The position numbers were made by a program, and so were the translations under genes. A DNA stretch of 64,000 nucleotides from Marsupella aquatica (taxonomy: Eukaryota; Plantae; Marchantiophyta), in assembly GCA_973895155.1 (NCBI GenBank), contig OZ316891.1, positions 23,497,899-23,561,898 on the forward strand. Reading direction: 5' to 3'. The notes under the pieces were generated by a model. That model was not told where the DNA came from. It worked only from the letters and a program-made list of their open reading frames with translations, and ran no database searches. Shown here one piece after another: positions 58,899-64,000 of the stretch (its first letter is position 1; the number at the start of each line of letters is the position of its first letter).

Positions 58899-61379
58899 TG
58901 TGACGCCAATGACATGGTCCTTATTTTGTAATCTGATTAAGTAGGTTGCTGTATGCAAGGAGTAGCTATTGATATTGCATAACAATTAGCAAGATGGCAA
59001 GAATAAGGGCAATCATGGCGTTGAGTGTTAGGGAAATAAAAGGCTATGTCGTAGGTAGTCGGCGACCATATCTCGTTCAATATGTCACCAAATCCGGATC
59101 TGTAAAGAGCATTGGGAAGATCTGGTCAAGGCGAGTAAAATCGATATGAAACACTTGAGAAACGGAGGTGTATTAAGAAAGATACGGTCTGATTAGTGTG
59201 ATGGGTTAACTTGTGGCCGAAATTAGCGGATTCAGCTTCAGTTTCGGGTTAACCCAAGCTCGACCACGGCTTAGCTTATGTGAGCACGGCTTTAGCTTAG
59301 CTCAAGTAAGCACGGCTTCAGCTTAGCTCAGGTAAGCACGGCTTCAGCTTAGCTCAGGTAAGCACGGCTTCAGCTTAGGCTTAACCCGGGTTCGGACTAG
59401 ATTGATCCCGGGTTAGACTTAACTCGGGTTAGCCTAAACTCGGGCTCAGGTTAGCATAGGTAAGCTCGGGTTCAGGCTCAACTTAGGCTAGGTTAGCGGA
59501 TAGCGGATAGCGGGTAGCGGCCTAACCCGAGACCACGGGTTAGCTCTACTCGGGTTAGATAGGATAGCTAGGTTAGCCGAACTCGGGTTAGCTATGTAAC
59601 TCGGGTTAGCGCAGCAGTGAGTACCCCCTCTCGGTTGCGGGGGCATAACTCTCTGTGTATTTGACCAAATCGGCTATAATTGACCTCGTTGGAAAGAGGA
59701 GCTCAAGCCGTTTCCAACGCTGCTATCCACGCAGCAAATGGTTGAATAGAGAAATCAGGAGAGGAGGCGCAAGCTCGCGAAAACCATGGAGGAGGGCCAA
59801 ATCCAAAGTACATAGCCAATTTGAGATAGAAATAAAGCTGTGAGTTAGGGTTCAGTAGTTAGAGATAGTGGCGGCTCTGTTAGGGCTGGGATGGGGCTCC
59901 AGCAGCGTAGCATCCACCCATTTGGGCTCAAGGAGAGAGTATATAGAGCAGCCCCCCGGTAGAGGGGGGGGGGGACTTCAATTGTGTGATCTCACTTAGA
60001 CTGAGCAGCAGGGAGGAGCTCTATGCAAGCAAGGCTGGACTTGGACGCTGCGTGTTGGGGAGAGCTTGGTTGTGCTATTACTCAGGGAGTAATCAGCCAA
60101 GCTTCACAGCAATGGGTTGCTAGGTTTGCAAGCTGGATTGTGGCTCTTTCTAGTGGGTAGCACAACTGGGTTCTTTTCCCCCGATACAGAGCCTTGGTGA
60201 TAGGTGATGTATTGGTGATTGTAAACTGTGGGGAGGATGTCAATTTGATTTGTGGTGAGCACATTAGGGAGGCTGAGACATTGATTGAGGGGCAGCAGGA
60301 GGAGCATTTACAGTTTAGTCTGGCAAGGCTACGTGATCCATGGGGAGTCCCGGCCTTTGTCTGGTGGAGAGCACTAAGGGATCTATGGCCAGAGCGGAGC
60401 TTGCAGGGCAAGCGTGAGGCCGGGCCTCATTGCAGTCTGGGGTAGATCGCCGTTAGGCCTGGTACCAGCTTTGAAGTCGAGTCAACTATGTATGCGTAAC
60501 TTGACGTTCTGAATTGGAGGTGTGAGATCTGTATGTGCCCCCAAGAATGAAGTGCAGTGAAGGAGGTTGAGTTAGGGATTGAGTTTGCAAGGCAAGTACG
60601 GGATTGGTTTGAGTCCAATCTGCCATCGCAATCTGGAGTGAGTCGGGCTCAGGTTCAGGATTGAGCTTGCATGGCAAGCATGGGGCTTTTAGGGCAAGCA
60701 CGTCGTAATCTGGAGGAGACAGCCTTCGGGCCTAGTGTTCGGATCAAGTGTTCTCAGTGAACTGTTGTGCACATCTTTGAATCTAACTGAGTTTTCCTCT
60801 CAGGCCTCATTTCTCTCATGGATGTGTGTGTGTGTGAGGCAATCTGAGTGTATGATGGGACTAGCAGCGCCACTGAGAGGTGTACAAGGTGCATTGAAGC
60901 GGGCTGGGTGAGGACTGTCATAGCTCTGATTGTTGAGAGTGGAATGGCAGAGTGGTGGGGCAATGGCTTAGAAGTCCCTAAGTCGGGAATCAGTCAGGAG
61001 TCACTGGTTTATGGGTACATTCCGGCGGCGGAATAGAAACATACCTATGACAGTAAGCATACGTATAGACCTATGCGCACCATAGCGCTAGGCCCTGTGT
61101 GTACGGGCCCAATATGAAGACCCCTTCTCACCAGAACTATCATGAGCGCAGACCTGATCCCCAACCTTGGTTCCTTGGGATTGAGCTTGGGTGATGTGTG
61201 ATAGAGTCTTGCTATGATAGTCTGGTGTTAAGGGCATAAATTGGTGTTTAGAGGCCTTCACAACATCCCTTCGTGATCCTCAGGTACAAGGAGATGGTTT
61301 TGGCACCCATAGTGACTATTTTGGTGTTAAGACCCATGTGAATCGCGTGACAAGAGGGGATTGCAGTGGGGATGTTACA
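58899..61379 (+). repeat. probable long LTR (TGTGACGCC...GATGTTACA)
   Basis: Begins exactly where the B gene is cut and has inverted TG..CA ends. No TSD or PBS found. Confidence 0.5.
59230..59610. repeat. short tandem repeats (26-bp agcacggcttcagcttagctcaggta ~3.5x; aactcgggttag-like units)
   Basis: Directly visible at 59283-59376 and 59385-59610. Confidence 0.8.
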
Positions 61380-61734
61380 GTGTGCTTTGCGGGAGGCCCA
61401 ACAAACCATTCCCAAGAATTGCTTGCAAGACTGGGCATGTGAATTGTCACGCGATTGACATGGGTCTTAACACCAAAAACATCTCCTTGTACCTGAGGAT
61501 CACGAAGGGATGTTGTGAAGGCCGGTAAACACCAATTTATGCCCTTAACACCAGCCTATATCATAGCCAGACTCTATCACACATCACCCAAGCTCAATCC
61601 CAAGGAACCAAGGTTGGGGATCAGGTCTGCGCTCATGATAGTTCTGGTGAGAAGGGGTCTTCATATTGGGCCCGTACACACAGGGCCTAGCGCTATGGTG
61701 CGCATAGGTCTATACGTATGCTTACTGTCATAGG
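61044..61734. repeat. ~290-bp near-perfect inverted repeat with a 90-bp loop
   Basis: Arm 61044-61353 is the reverse complement of 61444-61734 apart from a ~20-bp indel and a few substitutions. Confidence 0.95.
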
Positions 61735-61755
61735 ACCCAAGCTCAATCCCAAGGA

Positions 61756-64000
61756 TTCGACTTAGGAGAAGGAAGGGAACTGAACTTAGGGAGAGACCTA
61801 GCACCTGAACTTGAGAAAGAGATCAGTGACTTACTGATTGAATTCCAGGATGTGTTCGCATGGAGTCATCAAGATCTGAAAGGAGTAGACCCAAAACTGG
61901 GAGAACACCGAATTGATCTCATGTTAGGAGCCAAATCATTTCGACAACCGATTCGAAGGATGAACCCTAAGTATTCCCTGATGGTCAAGACAGAAATCGA
62001 TAAACTAGTGGAAGCCGGATTTATCACTCCAGTCCTACATTCAGATTGGGTGTCTCCAATTGTGATAGTTCCCAAGAAAGCTGGACCCGATGGTAAACCC
62101 AAGATCCGGGTTTGTCAGGATTACAGAAAGCTGAATGAAGCAACGTTAAAAGACCATTTTCCCTTACCCTTTACTGATATGGTACTAGACATGGTAGCCA
62201 GTCATGAACTATATTCCTTCATGGATGGGTACTCTGGTTATAACCAAATCAGGATTCGGCAGGAAGACCAAATCAAGACGGCCTTCATCACGGAATGGGG
62301 GATCTATGTCTTCAATCGTATGCCGTTTGGACTTTGCAACGCACCAGCTATGTTCCAACGATTGATGGTGAACATTTTTCATGATTACTTGAGAAAGTTC
62401 ATGGAAATCTTCATTGATGACTTTGCAGTATTTGGGAAGGCATCGAAACATGCTAAATATCTCAGGAAAACCTTCATGAGATGCAAAGAGGTAGGTCTCA
62501 AGTTACACCCAGATAAATGTTTCTTTGCAGTAACCGAGGGGGTGCTACTAGGTCACAAGGTATCAAAGAAGGGCATTGAGATTGACAAAGGTAAGCTAGC
62601 AGTATGGCTTGACATCATGCAACCTAAGAACATAAAGGATGTAAGATCCTTCTTAGGCTGCATTGGGTATTATCGTAGGTTTATTAAAGATTTTGCCAAG
62701 CTAGCTTTACCATTAACCAACATGCTCAAGGCAGGGGCAGACTTTGAACCCACACCCGAACGAGTCACAGCGGTGGTAGAATTGAAGCAGATGTTAGTTG
62801 AGGCCCCAGTCATGATAGCACCGGACTGGAACAAAGATTTTCATGTTTTTGTAGATGTCTCGGGCTTCTGTATCGGCTCAGTACTAAGTCAGTTGGATGA
62901 GAAAGGAAGGGACCATCCCATATACTTTGCAAGCCGTCAGCTGGCCGATGCCGAACGGAACTACTCCACCACAGAAAGAGAAGCATTAGGAGTCATTTAT
63001 TCCTGTAAAAAGTTTAGGCATTATTTGCTAGGTTACAAGGTCATCTTTCATACCGATCATGAAAGTTTGAAGTACCTAGTCAATAAACCAGACCTTACAG
63101 GCAGAGTAGCAAGATGGATTTTGCTATTACAGGAGTTTGACTACGAGCTAAAGATCAAGCCAGGAAAGTTACATGCCAATGCCGACTTCTTCTCAAGGAT
63201 CACAGGTGAACCAGCCACGGATTGCATCGATGATCAATTTCCCGACGAGGAACTATTCATTGTGGACTTAGCTGAAACATGGTACCCTGAGATTTTACAA
63301 TTTCTCAGCACGTCTAGATTACAGCTAGGGCTAACCCGAGAACAAGCCGCAGTCTTTTTACGGAAGGTCAGACAGTATCAGTGCATTAAAGGCATACTGC
63401 ACAAGCATGGAATCAACGGCACGATTCAAAGATGTTTGGAAAAGGGAGAGGTAAAACGAGTCTTACGGGCTATGCATGGAGAAGAGGCCGGAGGACATTT
63501 TGCCCCAGTAACCACGGCTAAAAAGATATTAAATGCCGGTTACTGGTGGCCTACCTTGCACAGGGATGTCTATCAGTTTATCAAACAATGCAATCCTTGT
63601 CAGCGAGCAGGAGGACCAAGGGCGTCCACCAGACATCCACTGCACCCTATTCTACCTCTGGCACCATTCGAAAAGTGGGGTATTGATTACATCGGACCTC
63701 TGAAACCACTGACCCACCCTCGACGAAACAAGTACATCATCCTGGCTACGGATCATGCAACTAAGTGGGTGGAGGCCAGGCCGACCACGAAGGATGATGC
63801 AATTACTACGGCTAGATTCATGTATGAGCAGATCTTCACCAGGTATGGGGCACCCCTAGAATTAGTTAGTGATAGAGGAACCCATTTTTTGAATGATATA
63901 ATTAGTCGTTTAAATGAACAGTATTTAGTTAGACATAGGCCTACTACTCCTTACCACCCAAAGGCAAATGGATTGACAGAACGAGCCAATGGAATTATAG
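61756..64000 (+). CDS. pol: gypsy-2 family pol (RT-RNase H-integrase), apparently open, runs off the window
   Basis: Frame from 61756 reads FDLGEGRELNLGRDL...FQDVFAWSHQDLKG. It is colinear with 14754-16980 and lacks that copy's stops and deletions. Confidence 0.9.

Noticed and set aside
59385-59610. Interstitial telomeric repeat
   Set aside because: The GGTTAG-like words are embedded in longer aactcgggttag units, not in tandem TTTAGGG/TTAGGG arrays.
61083-61090. tagcgcta (also at ~61688) as further copies of the 15-bp motif
   Set aside because: It is only an 8-bp palindrome lacking the CCNGG core, and it lies in the foldback outside the MULEs.
58899-61379. Clean solo LTR
   Set aside because: The flanks (agagg versus gtgtg) are not a TSD and element B does not resume after it.
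326-62451. Numerous short antisense or overlapping ORFs in the ORF track (e.g. 1109-1747, 8236-8601, 42474-42884, 55426-56004)
   Set aside because: They are shadow frames of TE coding sequence or low-complexity DNA with no independent motifs.

Overview
This is eukaryotic, almost entirely transposon-derived DNA with no recognisable host gene. It looks like plant heterochromatin; the element lineages suggest a non-seed land plant, but that is inference. From left to right: a Bianca-like Ty1/copia (1-3173) sits in a minus-strand non-chromovirus Ty3/gypsy (to 11037). That element sits in the 5' LTR of a second gypsy (11038-22228), which carries extra ORFs after pol and is itself inserted in a CACTA/EnSpm element (to 30834) carrying a SET-domain exon. 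More fragments of the second gypsy family follow, then two divergent Mutator-like (MULE) elements, one nested in the other (A 41033-52810 with a 9-bp TSD; B 39991 to >58898), an LTR-like block with a ~290-bp foldback, and an apparently open gypsy pol. The main finding is the MULE pair. Each has a GCM-like/MULE-DDE/SWIM transposase and a divergently transcribed accessory gene with a ParB/Srx-like N-terminus; in A this gene ends in a beta-class (N4/N6) DNA-methyltransferase-like domain. Their introns and intergenic regions hold about 28 copies of a 15-bp palindrome, TAGCGCCNGGCGCTA. This resembles a self-targeting protein plus binding-site system, analogous to ParB/parS or VANDAL/VANC. All domain calls are from motif reading by eye, not database searches.
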